Source of the DNA: Vulcanimicrobiota bacterium | GTDB lineage: Bacteria; Vulcanimicrobiota; Vulcanimicrobiia; Vulcanimicrobiales; Vulcanimicrobiaceae | Assembly: GCA_963723515.1 (NCBI GenBank) | Contig: CAVRQT010000002.1 | Location: forward strand, 768,001 to 832,000 | Direction: 5' to 3' | Length of the DNA: 64,000 nt | In this document: piece by piece, positions 1-9,012 of the stretch | Layout of the letters: the number at the start of each line of letters is the position of its first letter | Numbering within the stretch: position 1 is the first letter of the stretch | Position numbers and translations under genes: made by a program | Notes under the pieces: model-generated | The model's database searches: none | Told to the model about the DNA's origin: nothing | What the model saw: only the letters and a program-made list of their open reading frames with translations

Positions 1-1403
1 GGGCGGCTAATCGCCGATGCCGCCCGCGAAGTGCCGATCTCTGCAAAACGGCGGCATTAGCCGCGATGGTCGCACGATTACGTACCATCTGCGCTCCGGA
101 TTGCGGTTTGCCGACGGCGTTGCCGTAACCGCGGCCGACTGCGTCTGGTCCATTGCGGCGATCAACAATCCGCGCAACAACGTGCAAAGCCGCTATGGCT
201 ACGATCGAATCATCCACGCCGATGCGCCGAACGACAAGACGCTCGTCTTGCGCCTGCGCGCGCCCTTTGCGCCGCTCCTTACGCTGGTGCTGGCGCCGCA
301 AGGCTTTCCGATCCTACCGGCGCATCTGCTCGCGCGGTACCCCGACTTCAACCATTTGGCGTTCAACGCGCAACCGATCGGTTCAGGGCCATACGTTGTC
401 GTCAATTGGCAACACGGCGACCGCGTTGAGATGCGGGTCAACCCCTATTACGGCGGCGAGAAGCCGCACATCGCACATCTGACCATTCGCTTCGTGCCGG
501 ATCCGCAATACCGCCGTCAATCTCCTGCAAACCGGTGAAGTCGGCGGCTTCTTCAACGATGAAGATCTTGGAAATTATCCGATACTGCAACGGATCACCG
601 GTGTGCGTGTGAGGAGCACGCCCTTCAATGCAGTCGGAGCGATCATCTTTAATACGCGCGATCCTTTGACGAGCGATGCTCGCGTTCGTCACGCGCTGGC
701 CGAAGTGATCGACATTCCCGCCATGATCGCGAAGGCGTATCGCGGCGCGCTGACGAGTAAGGCTGCGGGCCGCGGCCTCTTCATCTGGGCATACTCTCCG
801 GCGGCCTATCCCGATATTCCAACCGATCCGCAGCAAGCCGCGCGCTTGCTCGACTCCGCCGGCTGGAAACTCGGCGCGGACGGCATACGTCGCCGCGACG
901 GCCGGCCGCTGGAACTCTTGTTCATCATTCAGGCACAGACGCCCGGCGATCAGATCATCGGAAGCTTCGTCGCTGAAGCGGCGCGCAAGATTGGCGTTAC
1001 CGTCACGCTCAAGCAGTACAACATCACGCAGTTTGTTGCGCCGGCAAACCTCGGCGGCCCGGTATATGGCGGAAAATTCCAAATGGCGCTCTATCCGTTC
1101 GTAAACGGCGATGATCCCGACGTGACGGATCAGTTTGCGTGCCGAAATGTTCCGCCGAACGGTTACAACAAGTCGCGCATCTGCGATCCGCAGATCGACG
1201 CGCTGCTTCGTGCCGGAAGAGAGACCTACGACATAGGGAAACGCAAGGCGATCTACATGGCGTTAGAGCGGCGTCTCTACGCGGAGTTGCCGATTGCGCT
1301 GATAAATCAGCGCCGCGAAGTGGATGCATTTACACAACGGCTGCAGGGACAGACCACCTCGCTCTCCGGCGCCTTTTGGAATGTTGCGCATTGGCGACTT
1401 TAG
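1..1403 (+). CDS. ABC peptide/oligopeptide transporter substrate-binding protein (family 5); 5'-partial, frameshift near 505-515
   Basis: ORFs 17..538 and 603..1403 carry SBP family 5 motifs (TITYHLRSGLRFADG, PIGSGPY, LTSDARVRHAL, AARLLDSAGW); the reading frame changes at FVPD. Confidence 0.88.
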
Positions 1404-1477
1404 TCGCTTTGAAGAGGAGCAAGCAGGCCGAATAGCAAGCAACTGCGCCTGCAAAACCGAAACATATCCCTTCGTAG

Positions 1478-3298
1478 ATGACAGCTGACACCAAAACCAA
1501 CGACTTCACGCTGCGCATCGCAACGGTCAACGGTTCGGGAAGTCAATCTTCAAATCTCGTTCTGACGAACGCGATCTTTCGGCTCGGTATACCGGTCGCG
1601 CCGAAGAATGTCTTTCCTTCGAATATCGAGGGCCTGCCGACGTGGTTTGACGTGCGCGTTTCCGCGGACGGATACCAATGCCGAACGCGCAACATCGACA
1701 TTCTCGTCGCGCTCAACCCGACGACTTGGCACAGCGATGTGCCGGGCGTCAAACCGGGCGGCATGATCGTGTACGATTCGAGCTTCGCGCGTACCGGCGT
1801 GACGGAACGCGCCGATGCGACGTATTATGCGGTTCCCTTCACCGAACTCGCGAAGACGCGGATCGAACAAGGTGCACTGCGCAAATACCTGACCAACATG
1901 ATCTACGTCGGCGTGCTCGCGGAGCTCCTCGGTGTCGATCTCGAGGTCGTCGAGCAAGCGGTGCGCACGCAATTTAAGAGCAAAGCTGCTGCCGTCGAGA
2001 GCAACATGATGGCGGTGCGGCTGGGCGTCGACTACGCGCGCGAAAACTTTCAAAAACAGAACACGTACCAACTCAAACCGCTCAACGGCAAAACGCAAGG
2101 GCAACTACTGCTCGACGGAAACAGCGCCGCGGCGTTAGGATGCATCATGGGCGGTTGCACGGTCGCCGCGTGGTATCCAATTACGCCGTCATCGTCGCTC
2201 TGCGAAGCGTTCATTTCGTATAGCGATAAGTATCGCACCGATCCAAAAACCGGCGAACGGAAAGTTGTCGTCATCCAAGCGGAAGATGAGCTCGCTGCCA
2301 TCGGAATGGTTTTCGGCGCAACCTGGGCCGGAGCTCGGGCGATGACGTCAACATCAGGGCCGGGTCTTTCGCTCATGGCCGAATATGCTGGTCTTGGCTA
2401 TTTTGCCGAGTTGCCCGGAGTGATCTTTGACGTGCAGCGCGCCGGGCCGTCAACCGGCTTGCCGACGCGCACGATGCAAGGTGACGTCCAATTTGCGTAT
2501 CTGCTCTCCCACGGCGACACGAAACATATCGTCATCCTGCCCGCCACGGTCCAAGAAGCGTACGAGCTAACGATGGACGCATTCGATCTGGCCGATCGGT
2601 TTCAAACGCCTGTCTTCGTTCTCAGCGATCTCGATCTCGGCATGAACAGCTGGATGACGCAGCCTTTACCGTATCCGCACAAGCCGTTCCATCGCGGCAA
2701 AGTGTTGCGCGCAGAAGATCTCTCGGCACTCAAATCATGGGGCCGCTATCGCGATATCGATAAAGACGGGATCCCGTATCGCACGTTGCCCGGTACGGCA
2801 CATCCGAATGCCGGCTTCTTCACTCGCGGTACGGGCCACGACGAGGAAGCGCGATATTCCGAGTCGCCTGAGGTCTGGCAACGTAGCCTCGACCGGCTGT
2901 CGCGCAAACATGAGACCGCGCGCGCGCATGTTCCTGATCCGGTGATCGACGAGACTGGGGCAGCGGCCGCAATCGTCGCCTACGGAACGACGCATCATGC
3001 GGTTGTCGAGGCGCGTGACCTGCTGCGCGACCAGGGGTTGGAGCTGGACTACCTGCGCTTGCGCGCGTTGCCGTTTTCCCCCGAAGTTGCGGCATTCATC
3101 CAGCGCCACGAGCGTGTCTATGTCGTCGAGCAGAATCGCGACGGTCAAGTCTACGGCATTTTGCGTCAAGAGCTGCCAACACACTTGGTTTCGCGGCTCG
3201 AGTCGGTGCGGCATTACAACGGCGTGCCGATCGATGCGCATGCAATCATTGAACCAATCTTTGAAGCGGAGCGCGAGCCCGCGGTCGCTACGGAGTAA
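1478..3298 (+). CDS. korA: 2-oxoacid:ferredoxin oxidoreductase alpha subunit (fused gamma-alpha)
   Basis: VNGSGSQS, WYPITPSS, QAEDELAA, TSTSGPG, QRAGPSTGLPTR motifs. Confidence 0.92.
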   Translation: MTADTKTNDFTLRIATVNGSGSQSSNLVLTNAIFRLGIPVAPKNVFPSNIEGLPTWFDVRVSADGYQCRTRNIDILVALNPTTWHSDVPGVKPGGMIVYDSSFARTGVTERADATYYAVPFTELAKTRIEQGALRKYLTNMIYVGVLAELLGVDLEVVEQAVRTQFKSKAAAVESNMMAVRLGVDYARENFQKQNTYQLKPLNGKTQGQLLLDGNSAAALGCIMGGCTVAAWYPITPSSSLCEAFISYSDKYRTDPKTGERKVVVIQAEDELAAIGMVFGATWAGARAMTSTSGPGLSLMAEYAGLGYFAELPGVIFDVQRAGPSTGLPTRTMQGDVQFAYLLSHGDTKHIVILPATVQEAYELTMDAFDLADRFQTPVFVLSDLDLGMNSWMTQPLPYPHKPFHRGKVLRAEDLSALKSWGRYRDIDKDGIPYRTLPGTAHPNAGFFTRGTGHDEEARYSESPEVWQRSLDRLSRKHETARAHVPDPVIDETGAAAAIVAYGTTHHAVVEARDLLRDQGLELDYLRLRALPFSPEVAAFIQRHERVYVVEQNRDGQVYGILRQELPTHLVSRLESVRHYNGVPIDAHAIIEPIFEAEREPAVATE

Positions 3299-3308
3299 CT
3301 CAAACCTT

Positions 3309-4340
3309 ATGGCAAGCAACGCACCGCCCGTCAAACTGAACCTCGCCGGCCAGAGCCGCGAAGTCTACAAGGGCTTACCGACGACGCTCTGTGCCGGATG
3401 CGGACACAACTCGATCACGAACCATTTGATTAAGGCGCTTTACGAGTACGGCGTTGAGCCGCACAAGTTAGCGAAGATGAGCGGTATCGGATGCTCGTCG
3501 AAGACGCCGGCGTATTTCGTCGAACAGGCACATGGTTTCAACGGTGTGCACGGCCGCATGCCCTCGGCAGCAACCGGCGCGAAGGTCGCTAATCGCGAAC
3601 TGCTGGTTCTCGGCATCAGCGGCGACGGTGATACCGCAAGCATCGGCTTGGGACAATATTGCCATTTGATTCGCCGCAACGTCGATATGACGTATGTCAT
3701 CGAGAACAACGGCTGTTACGGGTTGACCAAAGGGCAATTCTCCGCAACAGCCGATGTCGGCTCGGTACAAAAACGCGGCTCCGTCAACGAATATCAGACG
3801 ATCGATGTCTGCGGCATCGCCATTGAGCTCGGCGCGACGTTCGTCGCGCGTTCGTTCTCAGGCGACGGGAAGCAGTTGGTGCCGATCTTACAAGCGGCGT
3901 TTTCGCATCGCGGTACGGCTGTGTTGGACATCGTGAGCCCCTGCGTAGCGTTCAACGATCACGTCGGCTCGACGAAAAGCTATACCTATATCAAAGAACA
4001 TTCGTTCACGCTGCATACACCAGACTTCATCGCGCCGGCGAAGGAGATTGCAGTCGATTACGAGCCGGGAGAGGTGCAGCAAGTCGAGTTTGAAGACGGT
4101 TCGCGCATCTTGCTGCGTAAGGTCGGTCAGGATTACGATGCAACCGATGCATTGCGAGCCTTGCAGACGGTCCACGAGACGCGGGAGCGCGGCGAACTAG
4201 TAACGGGGTTGCTTTTTGTGGACCCGAAATCGAAAGATTTTTGCGAGCGCGAGCATCTGCCGCGCAAGCCGTTGGCGTCGTTGCGTGAAGCGGATTTGCG
4301 AATGAGTCGCGAGGAGTGGAACAACTTGATGGCCGTGTGA
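3309..4340 (+). CDS. korB: 2-oxoacid:ferredoxin oxidoreductase beta subunit
   Basis: LCAGCGH, SGIGCSSK, TPP-binding GDGD...NNGCYGLTKGQ; ATG at 3309, 10 nt after the alpha-subunit stop. Confidence 0.92.
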   Translation: MASNAPPVKLNLAGQSREVYKGLPTTLCAGCGHNSITNHLIKALYEYGVEPHKLAKMSGIGCSSKTPAYFVEQAHGFNGVHGRMPSAATGAKVANRELLVLGISGDGDTASIGLGQYCHLIRRNVDMTYVIENNGCYGLTKGQFSATADVGSVQKRGSVNEYQTIDVCGIAIELGATFVARSFSGDGKQLVPILQAAFSHRGTAVLDIVSPCVAFNDHVGSTKSYTYIKEHSFTLHTPDFIAPAKEIAVDYEPGEVQQVEFEDGSRILLRKVGQDYDATDALRALQTVHETRERGELVTGLLFVDPKSKDFCEREHLPRKPLASLREADLRMSREEWNNLMAV

Positions 4341-4401
4341 GGCGGCGGCTCGCTGCTAGGATGGGTATAACGCTACCGTCCCTTCCACGAAAGGAACTGT
4401 C

Positions 4402-4737
4402 ATGATACGATCTCTACGAATACTGCTCGCAACCGCAACAGCGGTTGCACTGCTGACTCAGGCGGCCTTTGCAGCTGTCTTCTATGGCATCACCGTGCAT
4501 GTTTCGACAACGAACCTCAAAGTGCACGATCCGAAGTCTGGTCAAACGTTGGGCTTTACCGTTACGCCGAAATTCAAGAACGTCTTCTCGCAAGACGGCA
4601 AGACGACGTACCAAATGAATGCGATCAGGGCCGGACAATACGTGAAGGTCTACTACGATCAGCACTTCATCGGCATGCGCCATGCCGACAAGATCTACAT
4701 ACTGACGAGCCACAACTACAAGATGGGCGCTCAATAG
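4402..4737 (+). CDS. small secreted hypothetical protein (possible OB-fold/DUF5666-like)
   Basis: SD-like AAAGGA upstream, signal peptide ending AFA, -10-like TATAAC at about 4366. Confidence 0.7.
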   Translation: MIRSLRILLATATAVALLTQAAFAAVFYGITVHVSTTNLKVHDPKSGQTLGFTVTPKFKNVFSQDGKTTYQMNAIRAGQYVKVYYDQHFIGMRHADKIYILTSHNYKMGAQ

Positions 4738-4781
4738 AGCCCATCTGACACCTTTCCGGGCGTTCGGCGGTAGTTCCGTAC

Positions 4782-5258
4782 ATGAACCGACTATCGCCGA
4801 ACGCTTCTTTGTGGCTGACGCTCGGCCGAGTCTACCTCGGCGGCTACTGGCTGATTCACGGCCTCTCGAAACTGCTCAACCATAGCGCTCTCCGGATCCC
4901 GACGTCGTATCATGGCGCACTCGCGGGGCCGATTGCGCAGAACCTCCGATGGACTGAGCCGACGATAGCGGTCGGCGAGACGCTGATCGGCGTGCTGCTG
5001 ATCCTGGGCCTGATGACGCGGATCAGCGCCCTCGGCGCAGCCGCTTTAGGCGCCGGCTTCCTTTTGATGAAGGGCGGTTACGCCGATTACACGGTCTTGG
5101 CGACGAGCGCGGCGGCAGTGACCGTCCTCGCGCTGGTCATTTGTGCCTGCGCGCCCGGCTTAGGCGTCGACCATCTCAGCCGCTATGTGCGCGAGCGAAG
5201 CGCGCAACGCGTGCAGCGCGTTCGCGCCACACCTGTTGACGTGGCGTGGCCTGATTAA
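4782..5258 (+). CDS. DoxX family membrane protein
   Basis: LGRVYLG...GLSK and GETLIGVLLILGLMTR pattern, 4 hydrophobic segments. Confidence 0.75.
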   Translation: MNRLSPNASLWLTLGRVYLGGYWLIHGLSKLLNHSALRIPTSYHGALAGPIAQNLRWTEPTIAVGETLIGVLLILGLMTRISALGAAALGAGFLLMKGGYADYTVLATSAAAVTVLALVICACAPGLGVDHLSRYVRERSAQRVQRVRATPVDVAWPD

Positions 5259-6058
5259 GAAGCGGCAGGCGATTCGCTGGAAAGGGACGCGGCGAATTGC
5301 CCGACGATATCGCAGAATTGCTTGGGACGGCGTAGTGGAAAAACGTGGTCGGCCCGGGCGATGGTCGCTAATAAATCGCGTTCGCGCGGTACGAACTCCG
5401 GCGCTCGCATGCGAAAGAGAACGTCCCATTGACCGTTGACAACGCACACCGGTTTTTCGTAAGACGCTAACATCTGCCGGAACGGCAGCGTACTGAATTC
5501 GCGATAGGCTTCTTCAAATGCGCGCGGATCGAACGGGCTCGCAATGATGCGTTCTGCCAAATCGCGCGGCAACGTTGCTTTGAAGAATGCCGTGCTGCCG
5601 AATTCGAACAGTCGTGCGGGGAAGCGCATCTTCATCGTCATGAAGGTGCGAAACGCAAAGCGCCGCCAGGCGGCGGGATCCACCGATGTTCCGCAAAGCA
5701 GCAACGCGCGCGTGTCTTGCGGCCGATCGTTCGTTAAGAGAACGCCGACGTAGCCGCCGAGGCTGTAGCCGACGATCAGCGGCGCGCGATCGAGCACCTC
5801 GGTCGTAATGTGGCGCAATTGTCGATCGAGGTTTTCACGCGTGAATGGAACGTCGGCGAGCACGCCGTGTCGCGGAAGATCGATCGTGACAACACGAAAG
5901 CGCTCTCGCAAAATCGTGACGTGTGGAACCCATGAGAATCGTCCGAGATGGATGCCGTGAATGAGCAGAATCGGAGGGGCCGTGACCGGCCCCTCCATCG
6001 AGTACGATTCCGCTAAGCGGGATGCGTCAAGCGGCACGAACGCGACTTCGCCAGCCAC
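5255..6058 (-). CDS. alpha/beta hydrolase
   Basis: LLIHG, IDLPRHG, GYSLGG nucleophile elbow, ADH. Confidence 0.85.
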   Translation of the reverse strand: MAGEVAFVPLDASRLAESYSMEGPVTAPPILLIHGIHLGRFSWVPHVTILRERFRVVTIDLPRHGVLADVPFTRENLDRQLRHITTEVLDRAPLIVGYSLGGYVGVLLTNDRPQDTRALLLCGTSVDPAAWRRFAFRTFMTMKMRFPARLFEFGSTAFFKATLPRDLAERIIASPFDPRAFEEAYREFSTLPFRQMLASYEKPVCVVNGQWDVLFRMRAPEFVPRERDLLATIARADHVFPLRRPKQFCDIVGQFAASLSSESPAAS

Positions 6059-6455
6059 CGACGATTGCGCCTACGATGGCGAAGCCGGTGACGGGAATCG
6101 CGGCATTCATCAGCCACAAACCGAGCGGTCGCCGTTCGAAGACGTACTCGGTCAGCAGGATCGTCGCAAATATTCCGATGCCTATGAAGAGTGCAAATCC
6201 TATGCCATGCTGGGCCGTAGGACGCGAGCTGTCCGCAAGCGCAATGGCGGTGACGTATGCTAAGACAAGCGCCATGATGAAACCGACGATATAGGGCGCG
6301 GGTGTCGGACCCATCGCCGCGCGCGCATTTGCTCCGCTCGACCACCCGACGAGCGCCATCCACTGATTGCCGAAGACGGTATACCAGATCCCTTGCCAGA
6401 TGAAATACGCGATCGCCGCCACAATAACGGCGAGATAATTGATGCTTCCTCGCAT
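6027..6455 (-). CDS. DUF1761 family membrane protein
   Basis: INYLAVIVAAIAYF...GIWY..FG..W and FERRP motifs. Confidence 0.8.
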   Translation of the reverse strand: MRGSINYLAVIVAAIAYFIWQGIWYTVFGNQWMALVGWSSGANARAAMGPTPAPYIVGFIMALVLAYVTAIALADSSRPTAQHGIGFALFIGIGIFATILLTEYVFERRPLGLWLMNAAIPVTGFAIVGAIVGGWRSRVRAA

Positions 6456-6609
6456 GCTCTTTCCCCTTATGCCGCGGGTTCTTTAGACAGTGCGGTTTGC
6501 TCTACCGCTCGCAGCTCGTTGCGAGTCGATGGCAAGAGAAGCCATGAAACGCACAGTGCGATGAAGGCAAGCGCTGCAACTGCGACGTCGATTTTCTATC
6601 CCTCCTCTC

Positions 6610-7839
6610 TCATTGCGTATATGCCGCTTCCGCGTGCTGGCTCAAATCGAGGCCGAGTCGCTCTTCACGCTCGCTGACGCGCAGCGACGTTACCAGCATG
6701 ACGAACTTGAGAATCACATATGTCCCAGCGCCGGCGAACAACCACGTTGCCGCGACGGCGACCAGTTGCGTCAAGAGCTGCTTCGGATTGCCGTAAAGCA
6801 GTCCGTTTGCACCGGAAGCATTGATCGCAACGGTTGCAAAGATGCCCGTTGCAAGGGCGCCGACGGTGCCACCCAAACCGTGTACGGCGAAGACGTCGAG
6901 CGCATCATCGACGCGAATTCTTTCGCGGATTCCAACTGCCGCATAGCAGACGGCGGCGGCAACGCCGCCGATCAAGATCGCCGCTGCGGGCGTCACGTAG
7001 CCGGCTGCCGGCGTGATCGCCACGAGTCCGGCGACTGCTCCAGCCAACGCACCGACGACGCTAGGCGCGCCCTTGTAAGTCCATGCGATCGTCATCCAGA
7101 CGAGCGCGCCCATCGCCGCAGCCGTATTCGTGTTGATGAACGCCGAAACGGCAATCCCGTTTGCCGCGAGCGCGCTGCCGGCATTGAAGCCGAACCACCC
7201 AAACCACAGCAGCGCGGTTCCTAAGAGCACCATCGTGAGGTCATGCGGTTCTTTCGCCTCGCGGGCATGGAGAATGCGCGGCCCGAGCACTTTGGCAACC
7301 ACGAGTGCCGAGACGCCCGAGGAGATATGTACCACCGTGCCGCCCGCGAAATCGAGCGTGCCCAGACGCGCAAGCCAGCCATTGTGCCCCCAAACCCAGT
7401 GCGCCAGCGGATCGTAGATGAACGTTGCCCACAGCAACGTGAAGATGACAAAGGCCTTGAAGCGTTTTCGTTCTGCGAAGGCGCCGGTGATGAGCGCGGG
7501 GGTGATCACCGCAAACATCATCTGAAAAACGACAAACGCGCCGTGCGGGATCGTCGGCGCGTAGTTCGGGTTCGGTGCGGTTCCGATATTTGAGAGGCCG
7601 ATCCACCGCAAGCTTCCGATCAGCCCTTGCCAATCAGGCCCAAAGGCGAGTGTGTACCCCCATAAGACCCATTGCACGCTGATCAAACATAAGATGAAGA
7701 AGCTGTGCATCAGCGTGGAGAGGACGTTCTTGCGACGCACGAGACCGCCGTAGAAAAATCCGAGCCCCGGCGTCATCAGCATGACGAGAGCGGCGGCAGC
7801 GAGGACCCAGGCGGTGTCGCCGCTGTCGATCTTGCCCAT
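6610..7839 (-). CDS. amtB: ammonium transporter
   Basis: MTPGLGFFYGG, FQMMFA, DFAGGTVVH, LWFGWFGFNAGS, DDALDVFAVHG. Confidence 0.96.
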   Translation of the reverse strand: MGKIDSGDTAWVLAAAALVMLMTPGLGFFYGGLVRRKNVLSTLMHSFFILCLISVQWVLWGYTLAFGPDWQGLIGSLRWIGLSNIGTAPNPNYAPTIPHGAFVVFQMMFAVITPALITGAFAERKRFKAFVIFTLLWATFIYDPLAHWVWGHNGWLARLGTLDFAGGTVVHISSGVSALVVAKVLGPRILHAREAKEPHDLTMVLLGTALLWFGWFGFNAGSALAANGIAVSAFINTNTAAAMGALVWMTIAWTYKGAPSVVGALAGAVAGLVAITPAAGYVTPAAAILIGGVAAAVCYAAVGIRERIRVDDALDVFAVHGLGGTVGALATGIFATVAINASGANGLLYGNPKQLLTQLVAVAATWLFAGAGTYVILKFVMLVTSLRVSEREERLGLDLSQHAEAAYTQ

Positions 7840-7946
7840 AGATGAACGATAGCCGGTTTACGCAAGAATCGCATTAGACGCGCGACTAACGTTCCGCAGA
7901 TTTTTTCGGACAGGTGTAGGGTCCGCGCTGCTCGCGAGCCGAAGCA

Positions 7947-8453
7947 ATGCCACCCATGATGATTTTAGCGACGGCAGCGCTGCTCTTGAGCAGCGCACAA
8001 ATTGCTCAAGCGCCGAGCATGGCGCAATCGGTTGACACTCGCGGCCCGTGTCTTGACTCACCAAAGTCAGTGCCCAATGTGCTGGGCGATCCATTCGAAC
8101 GGACGAGCGAAGTCGTGCGTATCGACAAAGTCGTTTCAACCCGTACGATGATTGCCAATGAAGTGATCGGATTTCTCTATACTCGCCAAGACGGCAAGAC
8201 ATTTTTGGGCACGCGGACGGCGCCGTTCACTTCGCCGGCAACTGCCGCGCAGCTCAATGCGGTGCTGGCGTCGACGCACACTCCCGAGGTGAAAGACACA
8301 TCCTTTCCGCCGCAGACACGTCTGGGCGTCAAGACGAGCGGGCCTGCGTTCTTGGGCGTCAGGATTCCATCGTCGGCGTGGGACCCGTTGGGCATCCGCC
8401 TCGACCCCTGCGTGAGCTGGCCGTCGAGTTCGGCTTTGCCGGACCCGACCTAG
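7947..8453 (+). CDS. secreted hypothetical protein
   Basis: N-terminal signal-like segment; fills the gap between amtB and hsp20; family not recognised. Confidence 0.6.
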   Translation: MPPMMILATAALLLSSAQIAQAPSMAQSVDTRGPCLDSPKSVPNVLGDPFERTSEVVRIDKVVSTRTMIANEVIGFLYTRQDGKTFLGTRTAPFTSPATAAQLNAVLASTHTPEVKDTSFPPQTRLGVKTSGPAFLGVRIPSSAWDPLGIRLDPCVSWPSSSALPDPT

Positions 8454-8482
8454 AGGCGACTGCCGGGCAAGGAGCTTTCGCT

Positions 8483-8509
8483 CTGGCACTCTCCGCATCC
8501 GAGTGCTAA
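8483..8509 (+). promoter_or_regulatory. CIRCE-like HrcA operator
   Basis: CTGGCACTC-N9-GAGTGCTAA versus consensus TTAGCACTC-N9-GAGTGCTAA; overlaps -10-like TAAAAT (8507-8512) upstream of hsp20-lon. Confidence 0.85.
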
Positions 8510-8580
8510 AATAGGCGGGTTATGGTGACCGTGACCTGCGCGCAGCGGGACGAAGCGACCTGTCCTGAGTTCGACGAAGG

Positions 8581-9006
8581 ATGACCTCAGAGAAGCTCGA
8601 GTTCGAGCGCCTGCTGGCCGATCTCACGCGTCGCATTCGCGGTCCGCACTGGTCACCGAACACCGACGTCTTCGTCGACGAAGACCGTGGTGAGGTGACC
8701 GTCAAGGTCGAGCTTGCAGAAGCGGATCTCAATCGGTTGCACGTCGGCGTCGACGACCGCTACCTGTTCATCTTCGGCCGGCGTACCGACGGCAGACGCT
8801 TCACCCGCGGTTCTTTCTTACAGAAGGAAATCGAGTACGGCGATTTTCTCAAGAAGATTCACTTACCGGTCGGGATCGAGCGCGAAAACGTTTCAGCGAC
8901 GTACGGGGCCGGCATGCTCACGATCTGCCTGCCGATTGCGACGCAGCAAACCGTACCTGCAAGCCGGACCGAGATTCGAATGATCGTCAAAAGGACACTC
9001 GCCTAA
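8581..9006 (+). CDS. Hsp20/alpha-crystallin small heat shock protein
   Basis: WSPNTDVF, EIEYGDF.K.I.LP, SATYGAGMLTICLP. Confidence 0.9.
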   Translation: MTSEKLEFERLLADLTRRIRGPHWSPNTDVFVDEDRGEVTVKVELAEADLNRLHVGVDDRYLFIFGRRTDGRRFTRGSFLQKEIEYGDFLKKIHLPVGIERENVSATYGAGMLTICLPIATQQTVPASRTEIRMIVKRTLA

Positions 9007-9012
9007 GAAATC

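Noticed and set aside
438..1082. Long antisense/overlapping ORFs (also 20610..21296, 38312..39238 and similar)
   Set aside because: Shadows of well-supported genes in GC-rich DNA, with no recognisable motifs
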